A stretch of DNA of 64,000 nucleotides from Steroidobacteraceae bacterium (lineage in GTDB: Bacteria > Pseudomonadota > Gammaproteobacteria > Steroidobacterales > Steroidobacteraceae): assembly GCA_035569755.1 (NCBI GenBank), contig DATMMK010000029.1, positions 1,816 through 65,815 on the forward strand, read 5' to 3'. Positions 26,208 through 36,968 of this stretch are shown here, piece by piece. The notes beneath the pieces were generated by a model. It was given only the letters and a program-made list of their open reading frames with translations. It was not told the DNA's origin and searched no databases. Position numbers and translations under genes: made by a program. The first letter of the stretch is position 1; each line of letters opens with the position of its first letter.

Positions 26208-28025
26208 TCAGGCGATCTTCTTCGCGGCCGCGCGCGGTAGCGCCTGCGGCTGGTCCGCGGCGAGCGGCCACTTGAGCTCGGATTTCTGCATGTCCCAGGC
26301 CGCGGTCGGACAGCGCTCGGCGCACAGTCCGCAGTGCACGCACAGATCCTCGTCCTTGACCATCACACGGGCGGTCTGGGGGAGCGCCGCCGAGACGTAC
26401 AGCGCCTGCGCCAGATTCTTCGCCGGCGCCTTCAGGCGCTGGCGCAGCTCCGCCTCCGGCCCGTTGTGCGTGATGGTGAGGCAGTCCACCGGGCAGATGT
26501 CGAGGCAGGCGTCGCACTCGATGCACAGCTTCGCCGTGAACACCGTCTGCACGTCGCAGTTGAGGCAGCGCTGCACCTCCTGCTCGACCTGCTCGGCGGT
26601 GAAGCCGAGCTCGACCTCGATGTTGAGCTTCTTGAAGCGCTCCTTGATCGACACGTGCGGCATCAGTCGCCGCTCGACCGGCGTGTAGTCGTTCGAGTAC
26701 GACCACTCGTGCATGCCCATCTTGCGGCTCTGCAGGTTGATACCGGGCGCCAGCCGCTCGGTGAGCGCCTCGCCCTGGCAGTGACGGTGGATGGAGATCG
26801 CCGCCTGGTGGCCGTGCTCGACCGCCCAGATGATGTTCTTCGGCCCGAAGGCCGCGTCGCCGCCGAAGAACACGCCCGGGCGCGTCGACTGGAAGGTCAC
26901 TTTGTCGATGACCGGCACGTCCCACTTGTCGAACTCGATGCCGAGGTCGCGCTCGATCCAGGGGAAGGCGTTCTCCTGGCCGATGGCGAGGATCACGTCG
27001 TCGGCGGGCAGGAATTCCTCAGCCGTGACGCGCTCGGCGGTGATGCGCCCGGCGCCGTCGAGCTCATACTCCATCCGCTCGAACAGCATGCCGCTCAACT
27101 TGCCGCCCTCGATGACGAACGCCTTGGGCGCACGGTTGACGAGGATCTCGACGCTCTCCTCCTCGGCGTCCTCGAGCTCCCACGCGGAGGCCTTGAAGAA
27201 CGCGCGCGGCTTGCGCGCCATGACCTTGACGCTCTCGGCGCCGAGCCGCAGGCTCGTGCGGCAGCAGTCCATGGCGGTGTTGCCGACGCCGATGATGAGG
27301 ACGCGCTTGCCGACCTTGTCGATGTGGCCGAAGGCGACCGACTCGAGCCAGGCGATGCCGATGTGAATGTTGGCGGCGCCCGCCTCGCGCCCCGGGAGCG
27401 TGAGCTCCTTGCCCTTGGGCGCTCCCGAGCCGACGAATACCGCATCGAAGCCGCCCGCGCCGAGCAGCTCGCGCAGGCTTGCGACCGGCGTGTTGAGCCT
27501 GAGATCGACGCCCATGCCGGTGATCATCGCGATCTCCTCGTTGAGCACGGCCGCCGGCAGGCGGAACGAGGGAATGTTGGTGCGCATCAGCCCGCCGGGC
27601 TCACCGTACTGCTCGAAGATGGTCACTGCGTAGCCGAGCGGCATCAGATCGTTGGCGACGGTGAGCGAGGCGCAGCCCGCACCGATCAGGGCGACGCGCT
27701 TGCCGTTCTTCACCCGGGGGATGACGGGCAGGCGGCCCGCGACGTCGTCGCGATGATCGGCCGCGACACGCTTCAGCCGGCAGATGGCCACCGGCTTCTG
27801 CTCGATGCGCCCGCGGCGGCACGCCGGCTCGCACGGGCGGTCACATACGCGTCCGAGGATGCCGGGGAACACGTTCGAGTGCCGGTTCACCATGTAGGCG
27901 TCGGTGAAGCGGCCCTGGGCGATCAGGCGGATGTACTCGGGAACATCGGTGTGAGCCGGGCAGGCCCACTGGCAATCCACAACTCGATGGTAGTAGTCGG
28001 GATGGGAAGTGTCGGTCGGTTCCAT
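26208..28025 (-). CDS. GltD-like NAD(P)H-dependent FAD oxidoreductase fused to a 2x[4Fe-4S] ferredoxin domain
   Basis: N-terminal Fe-S cysteines (CQWACP, CDRPCEPAC). Dinucleotide folds VALIGAGCASL and VLIIGVGNTAMDC. C-terminal CLNCD...CIECDACLDICP and CVHCGLCAERCP. ATG at 28025. Confidence 0.85.
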   Translation of the reverse strand: MEPTDTSHPDYYHRVVDCQWACPAHTDVPEYIRLIAQGRFTDAYMVNRHSNVFPGILGRVCDRPCEPACRRGRIEQKPVAICRLKRVAADHRDDVAGRLPVIPRVKNGKRVALIGAGCASLTVANDLMPLGYAVTIFEQYGEPGGLMRTNIPSFRLPAAVLNEEIAMITGMGVDLRLNTPVASLRELLGAGGFDAVFVGSGAPKGKELTLPGREAGAANIHIGIAWLESVAFGHIDKVGKRVLIIGVGNTAMDCCRTSLRLGAESVKVMARKPRAFFKASAWELEDAEEESVEILVNRAPKAFVIEGGKLSGMLFERMEYELDGAGRITAERVTAEEFLPADDVILAIGQENAFPWIERDLGIEFDKWDVPVIDKVTFQSTRPGVFFGGDAAFGPKNIIWAVEHGHQAAISIHRHCQGEALTERLAPGINLQSRKMGMHEWSYSNDYTPVERRLMPHVSIKERFKKLNIEVELGFTAEQVEQEVQRCLNCDVQTVFTAKLCIECDACLDICPVDCLTITHNGPEAELRQRLKAPAKNLAQALYVSAALPQTARVMVKDEDLCVHCGLCAERCPTAAWDMQKSELKWPLAADQPQALPRAAAKKIA

Positions 28026-28205
28026 TCGAGCCCTATGCGCCCTCGGGGATCGAGAGTATAGAGGCGCGCGGCGGCTTGTGACCGTCGTTAACACACACGT
28101 AATGCGCATCCAATCTCAGGTTCTACAGCGCAAACGGCCGCGGGTCCCAGTGATGCTGCGGTGCAGCAATTCTACCTCATCGCGACTGCCTATACTCCGC
28201 CTCCC

Positions 28206-28580
28206 ATGCCGGATCTGATCGCCACCGAGCTCAGGCTCCGCCGTGCTACGCGGGTGCTCGAGGTGAGCTTCGCCGACGGCAGCCGCTTCGAGCTGCCCTT
28301 CGAGTACCTGCGCGTGCACTCTCCGTCCGCCGAGGTACAGGGGCACGGGCCGGGACAGGAAGTGCTGGTGCTCGGCAAGGAGAACGTCGGCATCCGCGCG
28401 GTCGAGCCCGTGGGGCAATACGCCGTGAAGCTCGTCTTCGACGACGGGCACGACACCGGGCTCTACACCTGGAAGTACCTGCACGAGCTCGGCCGCGAGC
28501 GCGCGGCGAGGTGGGCGCGCTACGAGGAGCGGCGGGCGCAGGCGCGCTCGAACGCACCGCCCGCATCGCGCAAGCCCTGA
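28206..28580 (+). CDS. DUF971 protein (gamma-butyrobetaine hydroxylase-like N-terminal domain)
   Basis: LEVSFADGSRFELPFEYLRVHSPSAE...YAVKLVFDDGHDTGLYTWKYLHELG is the typical DUF971 pattern. Located upstream of ubiE, as in many proteobacteria. Confidence 0.8.
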   Translation: MPDLIATELRLRRATRVLEVSFADGSRFELPFEYLRVHSPSAEVQGHGPGQEVLVLGKENVGIRAVEPVGQYAVKLVFDDGHDTGLYTWKYLHELGRERAARWARYEERRAQARSNAPPASRKP

Positions 28581-28589
28581 AAAGAAGAC

Positions 28590-28613
28590 GGGCCGGACAT
28601 TGCTGTCCGGCCC
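28590..28613 (+). terminator. perfect 10-bp GC hairpin after the DUF971 gene, with no U-tract
   Basis: GGGCCGGACA-ttgc-TGTCCGGCCC, 9 nt after the stop codon. An A-run precedes it, so it could also serve the opposite strand. Confidence 0.4.
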
Positions 28614-28741
28614 GCCTGTGCAAGACCCCCCTGAACGGGCGGGATCATAGCGCATCGGCCGCAGGAGGGTGCAAGCCGCGTAAAGCGAAGTGAGAGGTCG
28701 ATCGACTAGAATGCGTCTCATCACTCACCTCCGCGCACACC

Positions 28742-29491
28742 ATGGCCGACGAGCGCTCCACTGACTTCGGCTTTCAGCGCGTGTCGCTCGGGGACAAGGC
28801 GCGACGCGTGCGCGGCGTCTTCGATTCGGTCGCAGACCGCTACGACCTCATGAACGACCTGATGTCGGCCGGTACGCACCGCCTGTGGAAGCGTTTCACT
28901 CTGGCGCTCGCGAATCTGCGTCCCGGGCAGCGCGCGCTCGATGTGGCCGGCGGCAGCGGCGATCTCGCGGCGGGGCTCGCACGGCAGGTGGGCGAGCGCG
29001 GCCTCGTCGTCCTCACCGACATCAACGCCGCCATGCTGGCGCGCGGGCGCGACCGCCTGATCGATGCAGGGGCCGCCGCCAGTGTCGCCTGCGTTCAATG
29101 CGACGCCGAGCGGCTGCCGTTCGCAGCGGGCACCTTCGACTGCGTCACCATCGGCTTCGGGCTGCGCAACGTGACCGACAAGGCCGCGGCGCTCGCTTCG
29201 ATGCGCCGTACGCTCAAGCCCGGCGGGCAGTTGCTGGTGCTCGAGTTCTCGCACCTCAAGCTCGCCGCCCTGAAGCCCCTCTACGACGCCTACTCGTTCC
29301 GCGTGCTGCCGCTCCTCGGGCGCTACGTGGCGGGCGATGAGGCGAGCTACCGTTACCTCGCCGAATCGATCCGCATGCATCCCGACCAGGAGACGCTGCT
29401 CGCGATGATGCGCGACGCCGGCCTCGAGGGCTGCCGCTACTACAACCTCTCCGGCGGCATCGTCGCCGTGCATCGCGGCTACCGGTGCTGA
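28742..29491 (+). CDS. ubiE: ubiquinone/menaquinone C-methyltransferase UbiE
   Basis: [46 protein letters not shown] motif [11 protein letters not shown]. Confidence 0.95.
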   Translation: MADERSTDFGFQRVSLGDKARRVRGVFDSVADRYDLMNDLMSAGTHRLWKRFTLALANLRPGQRALDVAGGSGDLAAGLARQVGERGLVVLTDINAAMLARGRDRLIDAGAAASVACVQCDAERLPFAAGTFDCVTIGFGLRNVTDKAAALASMRRTLKPGGQLLVLEFSHLKLAALKPLYDAYSFRVLPLLGRYVAGDEASYRYLAESIRMHPDQETLLAMMRDAGLEGCRYYNLSGGIVAVHRGYRC

Positions 29492-30093
29492 GCGCGACTC
29501 TCGGGCAGCTCCTCAACCGCGGCCTGCCGCGCTCGGTGCGCGCGCGGCAGCTCACCGCCGAGCTCGCCGGCCGGAGCCTTGCGCTCGAGGTGCGCGGCTT
29601 CGGCAGGCTGCGCCTCGAGTCGAACGGCGTGGAGCTCGCCGTCACCCCGGGCGGGGGCGCGGCCGATGCCGAGCTCGCCGTCGGCCCCTTGAGCCTGTTC
29701 GCGCTCGCCGGCGCCGGCGCGCAGGCCGCCGTGCAGCGCGGCGATGCGGCCATGTCGGGCGATGCCGAGATCGCGGCCAGGTTCCGCGAGCTCCTGACGC
29801 TACTCAAGCCCGACCCGGAAGAAGAGCTCTCGCTCGTGCTCGGCGACGTGGCGGCGCACCGGCTCGCCCGCCTCGCCTCACTCGCCGCGGCCTGGGGCTC
29901 GCGGGCCGCCGACACCGCCTGGCGCAGCAGCGCCGATTACCTCGCCCACGAGCGCGCCGATCTGGTGCCGCGCCACGAGGGTGAGCAGTTCCTGCGCGGC
30001 GTCGAAGCGCTGCGCGAGGACCTCGATCGCCTCGCCGCGCGCATCGAGCTGCTCGGGCGGCGGCGCGGGCCGCAGCGGTCGCGCGCGTCGTGA
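29485..30093 (+). CDS. ubiJ: SCP2-domain ubiquinone biosynthesis accessory factor UbiJ
   Basis: Position between ubiE and ubiB. GTG start overlapping the ubiE stop. The N-terminal pattern LNRGL...[10 protein letters not shown] is consistent with UbiJ. Confidence 0.68.
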   Translation: MLSATLGQLLNRGLPRSVRARQLTAELAGRSLALEVRGFGRLRLESNGVELAVTPGGGAADAELAVGPLSLFALAGAGAQAAVQRGDAAMSGDAEIAARFRELLTLLKPDPEEELSLVLGDVAAHRLARLASLAAAWGSRAADTAWRSSADYLAHERADLVPRHEGEQFLRGVEALREDLDRLAARIELLGRRRGPQRSRAS

Positions 30094-31727
30094 AGGCCCG
30101 GGTATTGCTGCGGCTGCTCGCGATCCAGCGGGTGCTGCTGCGGCACCGCCTGGACGAGTACGTCCGCGCCACTCATCTATATAGGCCGCTGCAATTCCTC
30201 CTGTACCTGTCGCCGGACGTGTGGCTCGAGCGGCGCCGCGGCGGCGCGCGCGGCGAGCGGCTGCGGCTCGCGCTGGAGGAGCTCGGGCCGATCTTCGTGA
30301 AATTCGGGCAGGCGGTCTCGACGCGCCGCGACCTGCTGCCCCCCGACATCGCCGACGAGCTCGCGAAGCTCCAGGACCGCGTGCCGCCCTTTGACGGCGC
30401 CGTGGCGCGCCAGCTGATCGAGGCGAGCTACGGGCGGCCGATCGCCGCCGTGTTCGCCGCCTTCGATGAGACCCCGCTGGCCGCAGCTTCCATCGCCCAG
30501 GTGCACCTGGCAAGGCTGCCGGACGGCCGCGAGGTCGTCGTCAAGGTGCTGCGCCCGCAGATGCGCGCCGTCATCGAGCGCGACCTCGAGGTGCTGCACG
30601 CGCTCGCCGACCTCGCCGAGCGCTACTGGCACGAAGGGCGGCGGCTGCGGCCGCGCGAGATCGTGGCCGAGTACCACAAGACGGTGCTCGATGAGCTCGA
30701 TCTCATGCGCGAGGCCGCCAACGCCTCGCAGCTGAAGCGCAACTTCGCCGACTCCGACCTGCTGTGCGTCCCCGAGATCCACTGGGACTACTGCCGCACC
30801 GACGTCATGGTGATGGAGCGCATCCACGGCGTGCCGATCAGCGACATGGCGGCGCTCCGGGCCGCGGGCACCAACATCGCGCGCCTCGCCGAGAACGGCG
30901 TGCGCATCTTCTTCACCCAGGTGTTCCGCCACAATTTCTTCCACGCCGACATGCATCCGGGGAACATCTTCGTCATCGTCGATGACCCGCAGCGGCCGCG
31001 TTACGCTGCGGTCGACTTCGGCATCGTCGGCACGCTCGCTCCGCGCGACCAGCACTATCTGGCCGAGAATTTCCTCGCGGTGTTCGACCGCGACTACCGG
31101 CGCGTCGCGCAGCTGCACCTCGAGTCGGGCTGGGTGCCCCCCGGCACGCGCATCGAGGAGATGGAGTCGGCGGTGCGCACCGTACTCGAGCCGATCTTCG
31201 ACCGGCCGCTGAAGGACATCTCCTTCGGGCGGATACTGCTGCGGCTGTTCGAGATCTCGCGGCGCTTCGACATGAGAATCCAGCCGCAGCTGCTGCTGCT
31301 GCAGAAGACGCTGCTCAACGTCGAGGGCCTGGGACGGGAGCTCTACCCCGAGCTCGACATCTGGAGCACCGCGAGCCCGATCCTGCGCGAGTGGATGCGC
31401 GAGCGCACCAGCGTGCGTGCCATCTTCGCGAGCGTGCGCGCCCACGCGCCCGAGATCCTCGACACGCTGCGCGAGCTCCCGGCGCTGCTCGCGGCGCAAC
31501 TGCGCCGCGGCACGGAGCCTCCCGAGCGCGCACCCCCCGGCGCCGGGCTCGCGGAGCTGCGCGCGGAGCTGCGCCGCGAGGCGCGGCGCCGCGACCTGGT
31601 GACGCTCGGCGCCGCGCTGCTGCTCGGCGGACTCGTGTCGCTCGCCGTCTCCGGCGGCCACACCGTGGCCGGCTGGGCCCTGGTCGCCGCGGGCGCCATC
31701 GCGGCGCTCGCCGGCCTGGGACGCTGA
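30090..31727 (+). CDS. ubiB: ubiquinone biosynthesis atypical kinase UbiB
   Basis: LEELGPIFVKFGQAVSTRRDLLPPDIADELAKLQDRVPPF, AAASIAQVH, FFHADMHPGNIF, two C-terminal TM helices. The GTG start overlaps the ubiJ stop. Confidence 0.95.
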   Translation: MKARVLLRLLAIQRVLLRHRLDEYVRATHLYRPLQFLLYLSPDVWLERRRGGARGERLRLALEELGPIFVKFGQAVSTRRDLLPPDIADELAKLQDRVPPFDGAVARQLIEASYGRPIAAVFAAFDETPLAAASIAQVHLARLPDGREVVVKVLRPQMRAVIERDLEVLHALADLAERYWHEGRRLRPREIVAEYHKTVLDELDLMREAANASQLKRNFADSDLLCVPEIHWDYCRTDVMVMERIHGVPISDMAALRAAGTNIARLAENGVRIFFTQVFRHNFFHADMHPGNIFVIVDDPQRPRYAAVDFGIVGTLAPRDQHYLAENFLAVFDRDYRRVAQLHLESGWVPPGTRIEEMESAVRTVLEPIFDRPLKDISFGRILLRLFEISRRFDMRIQPQLLLLQKTLLNVEGLGRELYPELDIWSTASPILREWMRERTSVRAIFASVRAHAPEILDTLRELPALLAAQLRRGTEPPERAPPGAGLAELRAELRREARRRDLVTLGAALLLGGLVSLAVSGGHTVAGWALVAAGAIAALAGLGR

Positions 31728-33098
31728 GTGCAGCGCGACCTCACGCAAGGGTCGATCCCCTTGGTCCTCTACAGGTTTGCGCTGCCGATCCTGTTCGCCA
31801 ACGTGCTGCAGTCCCTCAACGGCTCGGTGAACTCCGTGTGGGTGGGGCGCTTTCTCGGCGAGGCGGCGCTCACCGCGACTTCCAACGCCAACACGGTGAT
31901 GTTCCTGCTGATCGGCGCGGCCTTCGGCGTGGCGCTCGCGGCCACGATCCTGGTCGGCCAGTGCATCGGCGCCAACGACATCGCCGAAACCAAACGCGTG
32001 GTCGGCACCAGCGCCACCTTCTTCACCGGCATCTCGGTCGCGATGGCGCTCGCGGGCCTGACGCTGTGCCGGCCGCTGCTCATCGCCATGAGCACGCCCG
32101 CCGACTCGCTCGACCTCGCGGTGGCCTACATGCGCGTGATCTTCCTCGCGCTCCCCTTTCTCTATCTGTACGCCTACGTCGGCGCGATGCTGCGCGGCGC
32201 CGGCGACTCGAAGACGCCCTTCTACTTCATGCTGCTGTCCGTCGGCCTCGACATCGCGCTCAACCCGGTGTTCATCTTCGGCGTGGGTCCGATTCCGCGC
32301 CTCGGGATCGCGGGCTCGGCGCTCGCCACTTTCGTCGCCCAGGCCGTGAGCCTCACCGCGCTCATCCGCCACCTCTACCGGCGGCGCCACCTGCTGGTGC
32401 TGCACAGTGACGAGCTCGCGCTCTTGAAGGTCGACTGGGCGGTGGTCGCGACGCTGGTAAAGAAGGGCCTGCCCATGAGCGCGCAGATGCTGGTGCTGTC
32501 GCTCTCCGGCGTGCTCATGATCACCCTCGTCAACCGCTTCGGCGTCGACACCACGGCCGCGTTCGGCGCCGCGCTGCAGCTGTGGAACTACATCCAGATG
32601 CCGGCGTTCGCGGTCGCCATGGCGATGTCGGCCATGACGGCACAGAACGTCGGCGCCGCCAAGTGGGACCGCGTCACGCAGATCGCGCGCGTCGGGGTGT
32701 TCTACAACGTGGTGTTGTGCGGCGGGATCGCGCTCGCGATGGAGCTGCTCGACCGGGAGCTGTTCGCGCTGTTCCTGCCGGCCGGCTCCGCGGCGCTCAC
32801 CCTCGCCTCGCACCTGAATCGCGTGGTCACGCCGTCCTTCGTGTTCTTCGGCGTGGCGGTGGCGCTGTTCGGCGTGGTGCGCGCTACCGGCGCCGTCATG
32901 GCGCCACTCGTCATCCTCACTATCACGCTGCTCGTGGTGCGCTTCCCGCTCGCGGAGCTCTACCTCGACCGCTACCAGGTGGACGCCGTGTGGTGGAGCT
33001 TCCCGATCTCATCCGCCCTCTCGGCACTGCTCGCGGTGCTCTATTACCGCTACGGCGGCTGGCGCGGCGCACACATGATGCCGGCGGGCGCGCGCTAA
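31728..33098 (+). CDS. MATE-family efflux transporter
   Basis: Twelve-TM pattern and the N-terminal LYRFALPILFANVLQSLNGSVNSVWVGRFLG. Starts at the nucleotide after the ubiB stop. Confidence 0.9.
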   Translation: MQRDLTQGSIPLVLYRFALPILFANVLQSLNGSVNSVWVGRFLGEAALTATSNANTVMFLLIGAAFGVALAATILVGQCIGANDIAETKRVVGTSATFFTGISVAMALAGLTLCRPLLIAMSTPADSLDLAVAYMRVIFLALPFLYLYAYVGAMLRGAGDSKTPFYFMLLSVGLDIALNPVFIFGVGPIPRLGIAGSALATFVAQAVSLTALIRHLYRRRHLLVLHSDELALLKVDWAVVATLVKKGLPMSAQMLVLSLSGVLMITLVNRFGVDTTAAFGAALQLWNYIQMPAFAVAMAMSAMTAQNVGAAKWDRVTQIARVGVFYNVVLCGGIALAMELLDRELFALFLPAGSAALTLASHLNRVVTPSFVFFGVAVALFGVVRATGAVMAPLVILTITLLVVRFPLAELYLDRYQVDAVWWSFPISSALSALLAVLYYRYGGWRGAHMMPAGAR

Positions 33099-33192
33099 GC
33101 CGCGCCGCCCACTCAACGGGGCATTGGCCGGCGGCGCGCAGGTATAAGATCCGGGGGTCGACGCTCAGTCCCGCATAGTGCAAGGAGGCGCC

Positions 33193-34182
<990 letters not shown>

Positions 34183-34186
34183 TGAG

Positions 34187-34897
34187 CTACTCCGGCGGCG
34201 CCTCGCGCGGTTCGATCCACAGGGCCTGTGCCCGCCCGCAGAGCTCGCCCTTGCCGTCGAAGAGCGCCGTGCCCGCCTCGTGCTTGCGCCCGCTCGAGCC
34301 GATCTGCCAGCCGACCACGGTGCAGGATTCCCCGACGTGCACCCGCCGGTCGACGTGCGCGGTGAACTCCGCGAGCAGCATCATGCGGTCATCGGGCGCG
34401 ACCGCGTAGTAGCCGGGACAGTCGAGCGCCGCCGACATGAATTCGGCGTGCACCTTGCCGTCGCCGCTGTCGAGCGAGGCATCCGGAACCCAGGGCGCGG
34501 CGACCAGGCCGCGCTCGGCGAGGGGGCCGGCGAACACCCGCATGCCGTCGCCGCGCACGCGCTGCGTGCCGCACACGAAGCAGGTCGGGAAGCGGTGATA
34601 GCGAAAACCGGCGTAGCGGCGCGAGGCTTCCACTGCCTCGAGGTAGTCGGGCGCGGGCGGCGCGGCGAGATCGAGCAACGCAGGGCGCGCTTCCCCGATC
34701 GCCTCGGTTCCGTTCAACAGCCGCAGTACCCCCTGCGGGAGCTCCTCGACGCTGAGCGGGGTATCGAGCGGCGGCGGGCGGATGAGGCGCACGGTCACGG
34801 TGCGCGCCGCGCAACCGGCCACCACGCCGGCGAAATAGCCACCGTTCGCGGAAGCCGGCGGCCCGCAGAAACGCGACGCTATCCTTACGGTCTTCAT
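34187..34897 (-). CDS. hotdog-fold (PaaI/thioesterase-like) protein, last gene after trpA
   Basis: The internal ATG at 34897 gives MKTVRIASRFCGPPASANGGYFAGVVAG. The PTCFVCG...GDGMRVFAGP motif is recalled from hotdog-fold thioesterase-like proteins. Starts 29 nt after trpA. Confidence 0.5.
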   Translation of the reverse strand: MKTVRIASRFCGPPASANGGYFAGVVAGCAARTVTVRLIRPPPLDTPLSVEELPQGVLRLLNGTEAIGEARPALLDLAAPPAPDYLEAVEASRRYAGFRYHRFPTCFVCGTQRVRGDGMRVFAGPLAERGLVAAPWVPDASLDSGDGKVHAEFMSAALDCPGYYAVAPDDRMMLLAEFTAHVDRRVHVGESCTVVGWQIGSSGRKHEAGTALFDGKGELCGRAQALWIEPREAPPE

Positions 34898-34926
34898 GCG
34901 CGGGGGGCCCCCAGAATGAGCGCGCT

Positions 34927-35721
34927 CTACCGCGCGCGCAACTCGCGCAGCCAGGCGGCCGGATCCTCGCCGCGCTCGAGCACCTCGACGAGCGCCGAGC
35001 CGACCACGACACCGTCCACGTGGCCGCGCAGCCGCTCGACCTGCGCGCGCGTGCGGATGCCGAACCCGGCGCACACGGGGAGCGCGGCGCCCGCGCGCAC
35101 CCGCTCGAGGTAGGCGATCACCTCGTCCGGCACGGCGACGTTGCGCCCGGTGGTGCCGGTCATGGTGACCGCGTAGACGAACCCCTGGCTGCCGGCACAC
35201 AGGGCCGCGAGGCGCTCGGGCTCGGTGACCGGGGTGACCATCTGCACCAGCGCGATCCCGCAGGCGCCGAGCGCCGCCTGAAGCTCGCTCGCCTCATCGA
35301 GCGGCAGGTCCGGCACGATGAAGCCCGCGATTCCGGCGCGCGCGGCGCTGTCGGCGAGCGCGCTCACCCCGAAGGCGAGCAGCGGGTTGAGATAGCTCAT
35401 GAGGAGGAGCGGCGTGCGCACGGCCTCGAGCCGCGCCACCTCGCTGAGGATCCAGCGCAGCGTCACTCCCTGGGAGAGCGCCGCGAGGCTCGCGCGCTGG
35501 ATGGTGACGCCGTCGGCCATGGGGTCCGTGAACGGCACGCCGATCTCGACCACGTCGGCGGCCGCGGCGACCGCCTCGAGGTGGGCGCCAAACTGCTCGC
35601 GCCGGGGGAAGCCCGCCGTCAGGTAGGCGACGAGTGCGGGCCCGCCGCGCGCTGCAGCGGCGCGGATGGCGCTCGTGATGCGCTGGTGCGGAATCTCCTG
35701 CGGGCGCTGCCGCGAGCTCAT
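34927..35721 (-). CDS. trpA: tryptophan synthase alpha chain
   Basis: LVAYLTAGFP, EIGVPFTDPMADGVTIQ, GFGIRT. The ATG overlaps the trpB stop (ATGA at 35718-35721). Confidence 0.93.
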   Translation of the reverse strand: MSSRQRPQEIPHQRITSAIRAAAARGGPALVAYLTAGFPRREQFGAHLEAVAAAADVVEIGVPFTDPMADGVTIQRASLAALSQGVTLRWILSEVARLEAVRTPLLLMSYLNPLLAFGVSALADSAARAGIAGFIVPDLPLDEASELQAALGACGIALVQMVTPVTEPERLAALCAGSQGFVYAVTMTGTTGRNVAVPDEVIAYLERVRAGAALPVCAGFGIRTRAQVERLRGHVDGVVVGSALVEVLERGEDPAAWLRELRAR

Positions 35722-36959
35722 GGCGCCTGGCTCGCGAGCAGCGTCTGCTGCAGCGTCGGCATGTCCTTGTCGCCGCGCCCGGAGAGGCACACGAGCACGG
35801 TCTCTCCCGGGTGCTCGCGTGCCCAGCGCTCCGCCGCGGCGAGCGCGTGCGCGCTCTCGATCGCCGGCAGGATCCCCTCGCACTCGCTCAACGCGCGCAC
35901 CCCCGCGAGCGATTCCTCATCACTCGCCGTCTCGTAACGCACTCTGCCGACCGCGGCGAGCAGGGCATGCTCGGGCCCCACGCCCGGGTAGTCGAGCCCC
36001 GCGGAGACCGAGTGCGTCTCCTGGATCTGGCCATCCGCATCCTGCAGCAGCATCGAGTAGGTGCCGTGCAGCACCCCGGGCCGCCCGAAAGCGACGGTCG
36101 CGGCATTCTCGCCGAGCCCGGCGCCACGCCCGCCGGCCTCGATGCCGATGAGGTCGACGGTGGCATCGGCGATGAACGCATGGAAGGCGCCGATCGAGTT
36201 CGAGCCGCCGCCGACGCAGGCGATGAGCGCATCGGGCAGCCGCCCGGTCGAGCCGAGCATCTGTGCGCGCGCCTCGCGCCCGATCACTGCCTGGAGCTCG
36301 CGCACCAGGTAGGGATAGGGGTGGGGCCCGACGACCGAGCCGATGAGGTAATACGTTCCGAGGGGATCCGACACCCAGTCGCGCAGCGATTCATCGATCG
36401 CGGCGCGCAGCGTCCGGTCACCGCTCGTGACCGGCACGACGGTGGCGCCGAGGAGCCGCATGCGCCCGACGTTCGGGGCCTGACGCTCCATGTCGATCGC
36501 GCCCATGTACACCGTGCACGGGAGCCCGAGCCGTGCACAGGCAGCGGCGCTCGCCACGCCGTGCTGCCCCGCGCCGGTCTCGGCGACGATGCGCCGGGCA
36601 CCGAGGCGGCGCGCGAGCAGCGCCTGACCGATGGCGTTGTTGATCTTGTGGGCGCCGGTGTGGGCGAGGTCCTCGCGCTTGAGCCACACCTGCGCACCCC
36701 AGCGCGCGGAAAGGCGCGCCGCGTGGGTGAGCGCCGTGGGCCGCCCGGCCCAGGAGGTGAGCTGGCCGGCGAGCTCCGCCTGGAACTCGTGGGTCTGCAG
36801 GTGTTCGCGCACGCCGCGCGCGAGCCGCTCGAGCGGCGGAATGAGCGTCTCGGGGACGTAACGTCCGCCGAAGGGGCCGAAACGGCCGCGCTCATCGGGG
36901 AGCTTGCCGGCGATCAGCGCCGCGAGCATTTTCTTCGCTTCAGACGGTGCGACACTCAT
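35718..36959 (-). CDS. trpB: tryptophan synthase beta chain
   Basis: GRFGPFGGRYVPETL, LKREDLAHTGAHKINNA, ETGAGQHGVA, GGGSNSIG. Confidence 0.97.
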   Translation of the reverse strand: MSVAPSEAKKMLAALIAGKLPDERGRFGPFGGRYVPETLIPPLERLARGVREHLQTHEFQAELAGQLTSWAGRPTALTHAARLSARWGAQVWLKREDLAHTGAHKINNAIGQALLARRLGARRIVAETGAGQHGVASAAACARLGLPCTVYMGAIDMERQAPNVGRMRLLGATVVPVTSGDRTLRAAIDESLRDWVSDPLGTYYLIGSVVGPHPYPYLVRELQAVIGREARAQMLGSTGRLPDALIACVGGGSNSIGAFHAFIADATVDLIGIEAGGRGAGLGENAATVAFGRPGVLHGTYSMLLQDADGQIQETHSVSAGLDYPGVGPEHALLAAVGRVRYETASDEESLAGVRALSECEGILPAIESAHALAAAERWAREHPGETVLVCLSGRGDKDMPTLQQTLLASQAP

Positions 36960-36968
36960 GAGGGATCC

